Positions 29,872-41,600 of a DNA stretch of 64,000 nucleotides are shown piece by piece. The DNA is from a virus: positions 46,356 through 110,355 of IMG/VR virus record IMGVR_UViG_3300009503_000022; one strand, given 5' to 3'. The first letter of the stretch is position 1; every line of letters begins with the position of its first letter. A model generated the notes under the pieces. That model had not been told where the DNA came from, searched no databases, and saw only the letters and a program-made list of their open reading frames with translations. The translations under genes were made by a program, and so were the position numbers.

Positions 29872-30510
29872 TCAATAAATTTTTAAATCTTTAAGTAAAT
29901 TTACACCTTTCGTACCATATATTTCACCTGCAATAGATAAAGTTTCACTTGCAAGAGCAGCAGCACCATGAATAGTAGAATCAAATACTGTTATACTCCC
30001 GCAAGATATTTCTCTATCTTGTATAATCCATTGATCTTCTGCATCTATATCATATTCTATAGGATTTGAAGTAAACCAACAATCATTATAAAATATCACT
30101 GCAGTTTCAAGAATATCCCCTGTTGGTGAATTTTTGTTCTCAACTATAACAAAAGGCATCTGCTGCATTAACAATGATTCACCCCAAAATCCAAATACTG
30201 TTTTAAGCATATCATTTTTATATAAAATTGCTCTAACTATAGTTAAATTAGTAGTAACCTTTAAAGGAACTACCTGAAAAGGTTCGTGTGAATACTTACC
30301 TATAGAATATCTTCTATATACTTCTCTTGTTTGATCTCTACTAAAACTCTTTATTTCACCAAGCGGATCATATTTTAAAGAAATTGCATATAATCCATAT
30401 AAAGATGTCTTACCTGCTCCTAAATTATCTAATACTCGAGGATCAGGTATTGCTCTTATTGTTATGCTACTTCTTAAACGTACTTGTGTTTTCGGTAAAT
30501 TTAAGCCCAT
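29872..30510 (-). CDS. tail tube-like protein 2
   Basis: YNDCWFTSNPIEYDIDAED, paralog of 30501-31037. Confidence 0.65.
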   Translation of the reverse strand: MGLNLPKTQVRLRSSITIRAIPDPRVLDNLGAGKTSLYGLYAISLKYDPLGEIKSFSRDQTREVYRRYSIGKYSHEPFQVVPLKVTTNLTIVRAILYKNDMLKTVFGFWGESLLMQQMPFVIVENKNSPTGDILETAVIFYNDCWFTSNPIEYDIDAEDQWIIQDREISCGSITVFDSTIHGAAALASETLSIAGEIYGTKGVNLLKDLKIY

Positions 30511-31037
30511 ACTGTTGCTTGCCTCACTCCTCTAGCTTTTGCTGTTATACTCTGTACAATTTTTAAATCATCTGCATCTATATCAAACTCTAATGGATTA
30601 TTTACAAACCAAACACCATCAAAAAATAATGTTTTTGAACCTTCTTTCCCTTCAGAATTCGTTGGCATATACAAAGAAAAAGCAATCGATAAAGGTTGAT
30701 GTTGATATAAAATATCGTGACCTTCAAAACCAAAAGCTTCTAACATATTACTCTCATATAAAACAACTCTATCAAAAGTCAATTCATAAGTAGGTAATGC
30801 AGGATACGTTTCCTTAATAGCTTCTGGACTATCACCTCTATAATTATCGGTATTCAATTCTCTCCAAAAATGTATATCAGCTCTAGAATTATTTATACTT
30901 ATTTTTTTAACAGCAGCTATAAGCTTCATTCCCGAAATATCAAGACTTGGCAACCCTTGAGTCTGATCGTAAATCGTACCATATATCTTTATATATGGTT
31001 GTAATCTAGCTTTTGTTCTTGGTATTATTAATGACAT
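30501..31037 (-). CDS. tail tube protein
   Basis: Directly after sheath; LT..RVVLY...FDGVWF. Confidence 0.7.
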   Translation of the reverse strand: MSLIIPRTKARLQPYIKIYGTIYDQTQGLPSLDISGMKLIAAVKKISINNSRADIHFWRELNTDNYRGDSPEAIKETYPALPTYELTFDRVVLYESNMLEAFGFEGHDILYQHQPLSIAFSLYMPTNSEGKEGSKTLFFDGVWFVNNPLEFDIDADDLKIVQSITAKARGVRQATVWA

Positions 31038-31053
31038 AATTCAAATCACCTCC

Positions 31054-32607
31054 TTAAAATGTTACACCAAATGTTATAAATATCCAATTAATATCTAATG
31101 TTGGTTTAATATAAAATTTAACATCTATTTGTCTCGGTTCTAAAGGATTTTGTGTAACCTCTAAATCTCTAAATTCTACAATATCGTTTCTTCTAACTAC
31201 TGCTCCCAATAAGAATTTTATAAACGCTGTTATATTAGCAATAGTTTCACTACCTAAATTTCTAGTATTTATAAACGCATTTGTTAAATTTCTTATTAAA
31301 TATTCAGCTAAACCATCTTTTATCCTTGTAACTTTCAATTCTTGAGTCGCTACACTTGTTGGATCAGTTGACAAAGCATGCCTAACACGAAAATCACCTG
31401 CTTCTTTCTTTTCTATTATGCATACTCCATTTGATGCCATATTATTCTTTTCTGCTCTTGTAAAAATATCTCTTATATCTTTAAACGATATAATAGATTT
31501 ACCTGAAATTGGCTCTGCCCAAGTATAATTAGGATTACAAATTATACCTGCTAAAGCAGCCGCCAAATATGAACCATCTACAGTATAGTCTGTATTATTA
31601 ATTGTATAAATCTGATCAGAAGGAGATAAATAAGCTACTCTATAATGTTTAATAGATGTAGCTGCAGTTATATAATCATTAACATCAGTTGAATTTATAG
31701 GAGCCCCTATAATTGAAATTCTAAATTTCCTTTCAAGTAAAGAAGACATTTGATCAACATGATTCTTTAAATACGAAATCAAACTATTTCCTGCTTCTAA
31801 TCCCTTCATCAAAACTATAACATAACATCTCTCATTTTTTAAAGAATCTATTGCTTCTTGCAAAGCAGTTACTGTATCATCTTTTGCTTGAACACATAAA
31901 ACATAAGAAGCACCTTGTTGTTGACATATCTTCGCTCCTATTGATAAAGTATTTGTTGATATATCATTTATCTCATACACTGATGTATTATCTGGAACTG
32001 TCGTCCAATTTGGTGCAACAGTTAACACTCCAGTAGTAGTATTACTAACGATCAACCTTTCTTGACCAACACCTACTCCTGAAGTAATTTTTACATATTT
32101 TCCTTTATATTCATTAAGCGTCATTGTTAATCCTGTTGTCAATGTATTACTAGTTCCTCCTGTTGCAGTACCTGTTAAAATCAAATTCGGAAATTCAGGT
32201 GAACCAAATAAAGAAAATATAGTATCTTGCCTAGTAGTTAAATAAGGTGCATAATCTGCATCCCCTTTAATATAAGTATAAGTTACATAATATACACTTC
32301 CTGTTATCGGTTCATCTCCTGCAGGACTCCAATCGACTTTATCATTTGTTAATACATAATCTGTATCTTTTACATAAGTCTTTCCAGCTTTATCTGTAAT
32401 AGATATTATTTCAAATACTGGAGTCTTTTTTAAATCATCTTGACTATTTGCTGCACCTTTTTTAACTTGCTCGACTATTGTTAAAGTCTTTTTACCTAAT
32501 CCAATAATCGCTGGTATAAAAGCCCCAGGCGGCGCAGCAGGCACTGTTACATCTGCAAATTGTACATATACACCTGGTTCAGTATATTGTGGTGTAAAAG
32601 TTGGCAT
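31054..32607 (-). CDS. tail sheath protein
   Basis: YTEPGVYV start; YLAAALAG; C-terminal V.FYIKP...INWIFITF. Confidence 0.9.
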   Translation of the reverse strand: MPTFTPQYTEPGVYVQFADVTVPAAPPGAFIPAIIGLGKKTLTIVEQVKKGAANSQDDLKKTPVFEIISITDKAGKTYVKDTDYVLTNDKVDWSPAGDEPITGSVYYVTYTYIKGDADYAPYLTTRQDTIFSLFGSPEFPNLILTGTATGGTSNTLTTGLTMTLNEYKGKYVKITSGVGVGQERLIVSNTTTGVLTVAPNWTTVPDNTSVYEINDISTNTLSIGAKICQQQGASYVLCVQAKDDTVTALQEAIDSLKNERCYVIVLMKGLEAGNSLISYLKNHVDQMSSLLERKFRISIIGAPINSTDVNDYITAATSIKHYRVAYLSPSDQIYTINNTDYTVDGSYLAAALAGIICNPNYTWAEPISGKSIISFKDIRDIFTRAEKNNMASNGVCIIEKKEAGDFRVRHALSTDPTSVATQELKVTRIKDGLAEYLIRNLTNAFINTRNLGSETIANITAFIKFLLGAVVRRNDIVEFRDLEVTQNPLEPRQIDVKFYIKPTLDINWIFITFGVTF

Positions 32608-32647
32608 AATTTTACCCTCCTTTAATATAATTTTTTAAATTTTATTC

Positions 32648-32881
32648 TTATAAATCTATATTATTTCTATCCTTTTTTAATTTTTTTGGATCTTTATTAA
32701 TAACTTCTTTTTCGATATCTTTTTCTACTATTTCAACTGTTAAAATTTTATAACTTTTAAGTTTATTTATCTCTTCAGGCAAAATCTCAGTAGTTATATT
32801 AACAACTTCTCCTGGACTTAAAATTTTATTTAAACTTTTTAATTTTAAATTCCCATTAGTTACATTTTTTATCTTATACAT
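32648..32881 (-). CDS. small hypothetical virion protein
   Basis: IKN.T...L.......L.PGE motif. Confidence 0.55.
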   Translation of the reverse strand: MYKIKNVTNGNLKLKSLNKILSPGEVVNITTEILPEEINKLKSYKILTVEIVEKDIEKEVINKDPKKLKKDRNNIDL

Positions 32882-32897
32882 TTTACATTCCTCCCTT

Positions 32898-33488
32898 TTA
32901 TGGATTAGTTTCTAAATCTTGTATAAGTAATTCTAAATTTATATTCTGAATTGTAGTAAATAAACTCGAATCAATCTCTGCCTGAAATTCAGTATAATGA
33001 TTTACTGTAATAGTCCTAGTAAATACAGGTTCTCCTTCAACTTCTTCTTGTTCATCTGCACCTAATGTTATTTTTGTATGAGCAAATCCATATTCAGCAA
33101 ATTTATTTCTAAACAAATACCTTATATAAATTAATGTTAAATCCGAAATTCTATCTCTATCCGTTACAGTCCTCGCTTTTATCGTTAAATCTACAGGAAT
33201 AGTTAATCCACCAAAATACTGTACTTTTAATAAATTACCTTGATCATCCCTTATTTCCTTCAGTTCTTCTTCACCTAATTGAGATATTGAAGCATCTGAA
33301 GCACTTGCTTCTATTATTATACAAGGATATAATTCAATTCTTCTTGGAAATCCTCTATAAATTGCTATCTTATTTTGTTTAACATCTGGATTATATCTAT
33401 AAATCTCTGGTGTAGCATTATCTCCATAAGCTGTTCTTATTAATGCAACATAAGCATTTTTAATCCAATCTATATATTTTATAATCAT
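32898..33488 (-). CDS. putative tail terminator / completion protein
   Basis: YPCIII...DR..ISD; upstream of sheath. Confidence 0.6.
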   Translation of the reverse strand: MIIKYIDWIKNAYVALIRTAYGDNATPEIYRYNPDVKQNKIAIYRGFPRRIELYPCIIIEASASDASISQLGEEELKEIRDDQGNLLKVQYFGGLTIPVDLTIKARTVTDRDRISDLTLIYIRYLFRNKFAEYGFAHTKITLGADEQEEVEGEPVFTRTITVNHYTEFQAEIDSSLFTTIQNINLELLIQDLETNP

Positions 33489-33637
33489 CCTTCTTCCTCT
33501 TTTTCTTCGCCTAAAGCTATTTTATCTCTTTTTATCTGCTCTTTCAAATTTATTTTTTCTAATTCATTTATCCAACTAATAAATTCTAACATTTCTGATA
33601 TAGTTTCGAATTCTATTTTTAATTCAAATTTTGACAT
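33485..33637 (-). CDS. small hypothetical protein (50 aa, not in track)
   Basis: MSKFELKIEFETISEMLEFISWINELEKINLKEQ...; fills the gap with an ATGA overlap. Confidence 0.5.
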   Translation of the reverse strand: MSKFELKIEFETISEMLEFISWINELEKINLKEQIKRDKIALGEEKEEEG

Positions 33638-33640
33638 ATT

Positions 33641-34606
33641 TTACATCCATACTTTAAAATAAGGATTAGGATCAGATTCTCCATTAGTTATTGCTTCCCA
33701 TATTTTATCATCATTTATTTGATAAATCGGATCAGTCTTTGGTTTACATATCGTTCTAAATTGTTGCCTAAATGGAGTTCCCCTCATTTCAGATTGTCCA
33801 ATTTCATCTACTAAAAATCTATCACCATCTAATATCCTATGAAGTACATCATATTTATGTAATTTAGGATGCCACAAAGTCCAACTGTCAAAATCATGAG
33901 TAAATTGAATTCCTTGATTAGTAAAATTTACCCCTCTTGTTGGAATATTTCCATATCTAATCCTTATTTTTATCTTTGGATAATATCCTCCATAAATACC
34001 TACACCAAAACAATCAGGACATCTAAATGAACCCTGATAATCAGGATCTTGAGCCATAGAATTATCTATAGCTGTTTTTCTATTAACCAAACCTGCATCT
34101 GTATCGTCTACAATTGCATTACCCATCTTAGTACATTTACAAGGTTTTCCTGACCATTTTCGTATATATAAATAAAAATCTTCACCATCATTTTCCAATA
34201 TAGATTGATGCCTTCTTCTTATCTCTTCAAAATAATATTTCATTCCAGTATTCGTTATTAAATTATAACTATTAGATTCTTGAGAAAATGGATCTTCTGC
34301 AAATCTATCAACATTAAAATAATATGAAGCTGGAAAATCATTTATAAATTTTTCTATATTTCCATAACCTATATAAGAAACCCAAAAATAATATACTACA
34401 TCTTCAGGAGTCCATATTGGTTCATTAAATATATAATAATTCTGATTATTAACAGTATCTAAATAATTTTTAGTCATCGGAGTAGGTGAACCATAAACTT
34501 TATAACTTGTTACGCCAGGAATAAAATCCCAACTTATTTTATATTGCCCAGCATTTTCATCTACTTGTATTACTTTAACTTCCGATACAACTATATTAGA
34601 ACTCAT
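33641..34606 (-). CDS. neck / head-closure protein with Zn-binding Cys motifs
   Basis: RKWSG.PC.C...CPDCFG.G..GGY; N-terminal FN3-like segment. Confidence 0.6.
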   Translation of the reverse strand: MSSNIVVSEVKVIQVDENAGQYKISWDFIPGVTSYKVYGSPTPMTKNYLDTVNNQNYYIFNEPIWTPEDVVYYFWVSYIGYGNIEKFINDFPASYYFNVDRFAEDPFSQESNSYNLITNTGMKYYFEEIRRRHQSILENDGEDFYLYIRKWSGKPCKCTKMGNAIVDDTDAGLVNRKTAIDNSMAQDPDYQGSFRCPDCFGVGIYGGYYPKIKIRIRYGNIPTRGVNFTNQGIQFTHDFDSWTLWHPKLHKYDVLHRILDGDRFLVDEIGQSEMRGTPFRQQFRTICKPKTDPIYQINDDKIWEAITNGESDPNPYFKVWM

Positions 34607-34905
34607 TGCTTATTCACCTCATTATTAATCGTAGATTCTGTTTTATTCTTACTATCTAATTCAAATTCCATAGGTCCTAACTTAAATCTAAAATTTTGTT
34701 TACCTAAAACATATATTAAAATCATTATAGTAAATAAAAATGTTATATGCCATAAAATATCCTTTAATTCATTTTTAGGAATATTTACTATAACATACGT
34801 CCATATAATTGCAATAAATATAACTAATTTAACTCTCAAAGATTTCAAATCTCTAATCTCGTTTTTAAATCCATCTGATTGAATAATTTTCTTTATCATT
34901 GTCAC
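34603..34905 (-). CDS. two-TM membrane protein
   Basis: Two hydrophobic segments. Confidence 0.55.
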   Translation of the reverse strand: MTMIKKIIQSDGFKNEIRDLKSLRVKLVIFIAIIWTYVIVNIPKNELKDILWHITFLFTIMILIYVLGKQNFRFKLGPMEFELDSKNKTESTINNEVNKQ

Positions 34906-34915
34906 TCCTTCTATT

Positions 34916-35683
34916 TTATATAGCAGATAATTCTTGTCTCCAGTTTGTTGTTATCGTATTATCATCCCATTTAACTCTATAAAAATTATTATTATGATCT
35001 ATTCTTATTATAGTACCTATTCTATTTGTTCCTATTCTCCTCACTTTTTCCCCTAATTCAAAATTACTAACTTTATTATCTTGATATGTATATTGTCCAA
35101 TCCATTCATTCGGTTGAAACTCATCTTCAAATCTAATTTTAGCTTGCACTTCTTTAAGAATATCTTCAATTTTATTTCTCTCATCTATAGCATTTACTGC
35201 TGCCTTAATTAATTCCCTTTCATCTCTAAAACTATTATCATCTTCCTCTTCTTGTATAAATAAATTATTAGCAGTATCTCTAACTTTTACCAAAGTACTT
35301 ATATGAGTAATATAATTTTCAGATTGTCCTATATCTACCCAAACTTTATTTCCAACTATTTTACGAACTATTCCTGGTTCCATATCAGGCATTGAAGAAA
35401 ATACAACTTTATCTCCAACCTTTAATCTAGCACTTTTAAGCATAGGAACCCATTGTTTTGATTTCGGATCATATACCCATTCGCTTCCTTCAGGAGGAGG
35501 AGTCGTCGGTTTTGCAGGCACTTGCGATTCTATCTCTATACCTTTATCTCGTATAACTTTATTAACCAATTCAATAGCATCTTCTTCACCATATCCATAT
35601 TCATCTACAAGTTTTCTTTTTATAGCATTAACCCCTATCCCTCGATTATACCATTTTATTATATTAGATTCTAATCCTGGCAT
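34916..35683 (-). CDS. modular protein with SH3/KOW-like barrels
   Basis: LKVGDKVVF...; FELGEKVR...GTIIR...YRVKWDD. Confidence 0.6.
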   Translation of the reverse strand: MPGLESNIIKWYNRGIGVNAIKRKLVDEYGYGEEDAIELVNKVIRDKGIEIESQVPAKPTTPPPEGSEWVYDPKSKQWVPMLKSARLKVGDKVVFSSMPDMEPGIVRKIVGNKVWVDIGQSENYITHISTLVKVRDTANNLFIQEEEDDNSFRDERELIKAAVNAIDERNKIEDILKEVQAKIRFEDEFQPNEWIGQYTYQDNKVSNFELGEKVRRIGTNRIGTIIRIDHNNNFYRVKWDDNTITTNWRQELSAI

Positions 35684-35697
35684 AATTAAATCCTCCT

Positions 35698-38600
35698 TTA
35701 ATAATTTAATATTTTTCTTAAATAAGAAGCAGCTTCAAATATCTCTTTTAAATCTAATTCTTCTATAGTTTTATCCTTTTCCTCTAAATATGCATTTAAT
35801 TCCATTTCTATTATCTTCTTTGAATTATCATTTATTTTACTTGCTTTAACTTCATTAAAATATTCTTTTAATAAATTAAAAGCCGCCTTTAATTTAGGAT
35901 TTTTAATAAATAACCAAGAAAATGGAGCAATAAAATCTATAATCATCTTTAATGTCTCTTTAATTCCTGCTTCTTTCTCAATTCCATAATCTAATCTAGT
36001 CTTCAATTGAAATTTATCTTCTTCTTTACTTCTAATCATTAACCATTTTCTATCTTCCATCGGTATTAAAGTAAATTCTCCCTTTACTTTATCAGTATTT
36101 AATCTAAATTTTCTTTTCTTATCTGACCATTCTAATATCTCTGCATCTCCAATTGCATAAGTTTCAACTATTCCTGCTCCATATTCACCTTTAGGTATTT
36201 CACCTTCAAAATAAATATAATCTACTGGATGATCCTCTGTTTCTATAAATAAAACCTTTTGTCCAGGTTCTGGTATTTTCCTCGTAACCCCTGATTTTAA
36301 AACACCATCTTTAAATATTCTCCAATCAAAATGTTTACCTGCCTTTTTTGCATAATGCAATTGAATCCCTGACTTGCCTTCTTCTCTAATTTTAGGTTTT
36401 GGTTCAGGAGTAATATCAAAATCTCTTTTTTTCTTATATTCTTCCAATCTATCATCTTCTTGAGCTTTTTTTAAAAAATATTCGTCTTCAACTTCTTGTA
36501 AATATGTAAACTTATTAAATATCTTAACACTTGATTCCAATTTCCAAGAAGCAGTTTTCAAAAATTTAGTAGTCTTATTTTGAATATCTTTTATTATTGC
36601 AGTAACACGAGGAGGTGAAATACCTAAAATCTCTGCAATCTCAACTTGACTATATCCTGATACTAACAAATTAAATACCTTCTTACCTACATCTGTAAGA
36701 AGATTTAATATTTTATCAAATAAATCATTTACTATTACTTTTTCCTCAGGTGAATCATACTTAGATTCAATAATATTCTTTATTTTAATAGGAACATCTT
36801 TATCTTCATATATAACATCTTCTAAACTATATGCTATTGTATTTACTATTTCTTTTTGAAGATATAAATCTCTTATTTCATCTTTTACTCTACCATCTAA
36901 TTGGTTATATAACCACGTTGAAAATTTTCCTTTTTCTCTATCATAAGTATCTATTGAATGTAAAATAATTTCATCAATAATAGAAGAAGCATCATAAAAC
37001 CCTGCTTTTCCTAATTTATTTTCAAATGGATACGCTAACCTTTTTAATTCAGGATAAATTTCGTTAAATATTTTTTCATCTTTCGTTTCTTTATATCTAA
37101 TCACTTTTTCATCTAAATCTTCTATTGATGATTTTTTATACAACTTTTTAAGTACTTTATCTATTTTAGCATCTTCCTTCTCAAAATCAAATAATTTATC
37201 TTCATCTATTGGTAAACATACTAATCCTGTTTTTCCTGATAAACTATACGGAACTCTTAATCCACCTGCTCTATGTAACGTACTAGTATCTAGCCTACAA
37301 GTATTTTCCTTTTTCGTAACTCCAGTAGTCAATCTTTTATCATTTTTATTTTCTATATATTCTTCTAAAGCTAATTTAATTGCTGTTCTAGCTTCATCTA
37401 CATCTATTTCTTTTTTTAATATACCATAAACGTGAAATCCTTTTGAACCAGAAAATACTATCTTAGTATCAACTACATTATCCATTGTTTCTATTAAATC
37501 TTTAACCTCAAAAACTATATCCTTTAAATCATCCCAAGAAAATCCTTCTTTTGGATCTAAATCAACATATAAAAATGGAGTAGTATCCTTAAGAGAAAAA
37601 TGCCATTCAACATTTCTACCATTATTTAATTTATCAAAATCTTTAATATTTATCGGTTTTCCCTCTATCTTTCTTTGAACTATAGTATCATCAACTTTCT
37701 TAAATAAAGTCACATCAAGATCATACTTTAAATAAGTTTCTATAATATCATCTTTAACAGTATCATAATACAAAAAAATCTCACCTTCATTAAGTCCTTC
37801 TTTATAAAATTCATTTGGTTCTACTATTATAGTTTCTGGATGCTTTGGTTTATAAGCATAAATTAAACTACTTTCTATTTTCATTGATTTACCTTCGTGA
37901 TAACAAGCATTTTGTTCAAATTCATTAGTATAAATTGTCCATCTATTTCTACCTTTATTTTTGGATTCATAAAGTGCTTTATCTGCTTTAGTAAATGAAT
38001 CATCTATATTAGATTCTAACGGAGCAGCTCCTAAACTTATAGTCACTGGTATTTCAGTTTGTTTAGTTTCTTCTTCAACTGTATTTCTTATCAATTCCAA
38101 TAATTCTTTTAAATCCTCTTCATCATCTAATTCAATAAATATTACAAATTCTTCTCCGCCCCATCTAACTATATTTTCTATATCAAGACTTTTAATTAAA
38201 TCGGCAACTGTCTTTAATACCTCGTCGCCTTTATCGTGACCATATTCATCATTAATTTGCTTAAAATGATCTATATCAGTTAAAATTATATAATTATTTT
38301 CTTCTAATAATCTTTCTTCATTATCCTCTAACCAATGCCTTGAATACAACCCAGTTAAAGCATCTGTATATAATCTTTTTTTCAATTCCTCGACTTCTTT
38401 TTGTAAATCTTTATTTTCATCTATTTCTGATTCTATCTTTCTTATTTCAGTCGGATGAACTTCAGATATTATAGATCCATCTTCTAAAGGTTTATCCCAC
38501 TTGACTACATAATCAACATCATAAATTGTTCCTCCTCGCTCTTCAGGAGCTATATCTATTATTGTTCCTGTATTATCAAAATTAATTGCCTCTATTTTAG

Positions 38601-41600
38601 TTCCCTTTTCATAAACTCCTTTTCGCGATTGAAAAGCTTTCAAACGAATCACTTTTTCATTTTTATATATATTCTCATCAAATTTTTTCTTTCTTAAATT
38701 TTCATCTAATGTTTCTACTACATTATAATATTTATCTATAATCTTATATATTTTCTCTGGATTTCTTAAAAATACAAATTCATCTCTTATTTTTAATTGA
38801 TCAAAAGTAGTTATTTCCCCTTCTTCTATTCCATGTCTTTTAAATAAACTTGAATAACATTGTTTTCTAACTAAATTTACATATTCGCTTTCTTTCTTTA
38901 AAAATTCATCTAATTCAGGATATTGCTCTTTAACATCTTTAATTTTCTTTTCTAAAACATCTAAATATTCTATCATTTTATTCCAATAAGGTTCATAAGA
39001 ATCGTCCCATATAACTATCTTATTTTTTCCTGTATTCTTACCTAATACAAGAGATTTGTGAGCATCTGTAGGAATTTTTCCAATCCCTACAGTTGCTGTA
39101 TGTCCTGTATTTTTTAAATAAATATCTATAAATTGCTGTCCTAATTTTTTGGCTTCTTCTATCGTAATAGGAATACTTATAAATATATTATCTCCACCTT
39201 CAAATATTACCTCTCCATTATACTTAGTAATTATTTCTATTATTTCTTTATTAGCATTTTTTATTTGATTAGATATATTTTTTGCTACTTCTGTATCTTT
39301 ATCATAAATGGCTTCTTCTACTCTATCTCCAATATCATCACCATCAATGGCTATATAAACAAGATTACCTTTTTCTGATCTCTGTTTACCAATTTGAGCT
39401 TCTTTATGAAAACACTCTTTTCCTTCTGAATACAATACTATTCTATCTGGTGAAATAGGTCCAACAACCACAGCAGTTCCTGCTATTCTTAAAGTATCTT
39501 CACCGGTTATATCTTTATAATAAACACCCCATTCCGGATCGTGTCTACTTTTTAGTCCTCTAGGAATTTGCTCATCATGTTTCCAATATAAAAATTTTCC
39601 TTCTACATCATCAACATAAGCACCTAAATCGACTAACATTGCATAATCTGGTAATAAATCTAAACCTGAAACATCTACTTTATAAATATATTTACCAGGA
39701 AACTTTCCTGGTTCTTTAGAAACAAAAACAGATTCTTCTGGTAACCAACCATAATCAAAAAATTGTTCCCCAGCTTCTGTTAATCCTTTTGTTTTTCTAC
39801 CCACTAAACCCTCTTTCAAAATTATTTCTGGAGGAACATTTGTACTATGATATAAATATTTAATAGCTTTCTTTTCTAATTCTTCAATCTTTTTCATTAC
39901 TCCTTTATGAATAAGTCTAGGTTTCATATCCTTTATTTTTTGTAAAACTTCTTTTTTTAACTCATATAACATCTTAATTTCATCACCAGATGGAGAATAT
40001 TTAATTGACCAATTTATTTCTCTTACGAGTTCCCATAAATTCCAAATTATTAAATCAATAGTTTCACCTGTTGCTTTCATATTTAAAATATCTTTAAAAT
40101 CTTCTTCTAATTCACTTATAGGTTTACCAATTTGAGCTTCTTTATGAAAATATTCTCCTAACTTCATTTGTTCTCTTAATTCCCATATTTTAAATAATTC
40201 TGATTCTTGAGCTAAACTTGGACTCCATTGCATTCTTAATCCATCAAAATGAATCCAATCAACTATTTTATCTATAACATAAAATTTTTCAAAACCTTCT
40301 TTTGAATAAGCTTCTTCACCTTGTTTAATCAATTCTTCTATTTTCTTTATGTTTCTTTTTATAGGTTCTACTTCAACTCTTGTTGTGCCTCCAGTTTTTA
40401 ATTTATTTAAATGATAAATTAATTCTTCTAAAATTTTATCTAATTTATCATCATCATAAATACCCTTAGATGCATCAATATAAACTTTTCTTAAATCAGT
40501 AAGAAATATTGCTTCTTTGTTTAAAAAAGCTCTTAATTGTTCTAACTTATTATTATTTCCATATTGAAAAATATTTGCAATTCTAGACATTAACCAACCC
40601 TTTTCCTCAAATCCAGGTATTTGCTCAAGCCTTAAATCTTCTGGAATTACTTTCTTATCCTCTCTATATCTTTCTATTCTTGGTTTTCTAATTATCCCTG
40701 TCATTTTATCTTCTATTTGTATCCATTTATTATCTTCAAACTTATATGCAGGTCCTTTTTTTATATTTACTTCTTCACCTTGTACTTCTACAATACAAGG
40801 TTCTTTAAAAGGATCAACCCAAATTCTACCATCTTCATCTTCAAATACTTTATTTCTTTCTGCCCATTCTATAAATTCTAATCGTTCCTTATCAGTAAAC
40901 CCTGTCCCAACCTTACCATTAAGCCTAAATATCCCTTCTTTATCTCTAAATGAAGTTAATATTGCGCCCATCTGTTCAGGATGCTTTTTACTTCTTTCTA
41001 CTGCAACTACAACTAAATCAATAGATAAAATCGGTTTTACCTTAACTATTTTATTATCATAATAAATTATAAGTCCTTCATAACCATATTTTTGAGGTTG
41101 TACAACCTTATCCCATAATTCGTCTACATCATTTAAATCAGCATTTTCAAAATATTCTGCTGGCTTTACATACTTTCCTTTGCTAAACAAATTTCTTAAT
41201 CCACTAATTCTATATGATAAATCTTTATCTTGCCAATCAATTCCATCTATACTTATAATATCAAATACTATTATCCTTATTCTTTCTTCATCTTCTTTAG
41301 TTTTCGGAGCCTTTAATAAACTCTGAGATTTTAAATAACTTAATGGAATACCATCTTCACTAACTCCATAAATTTCTCCAACTCCTATAAATTCTTTTAA
41401 CGGTTTATTTTTTAATAATTCTGTAATTTCATCCGTAACAGGTAAATCATAACGAATTGTACCTGCTCTAGTAACTGTTATTGTTCTACCATCTTTATAT
41501 TCTATTCCAACTATTTCTCCATCTAATTTTACCGATATTGTAAATTTCTTACCTTTTAATTTTTCTCTCAATTCATCTATAGTATAAAACTTCATCGACA

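Noticed and set aside
20238-32607. Extracellular contractile injection system / tailocin
   Set aside because: Portal, protease and capsid genes are in the same gene run, so this is a phage tail.
39005-39365. Cas10 / type III CRISPR locus
   Set aside because: Only a ~120-aa single palm domain; no HD domain, Csm/Cmr genes or array.
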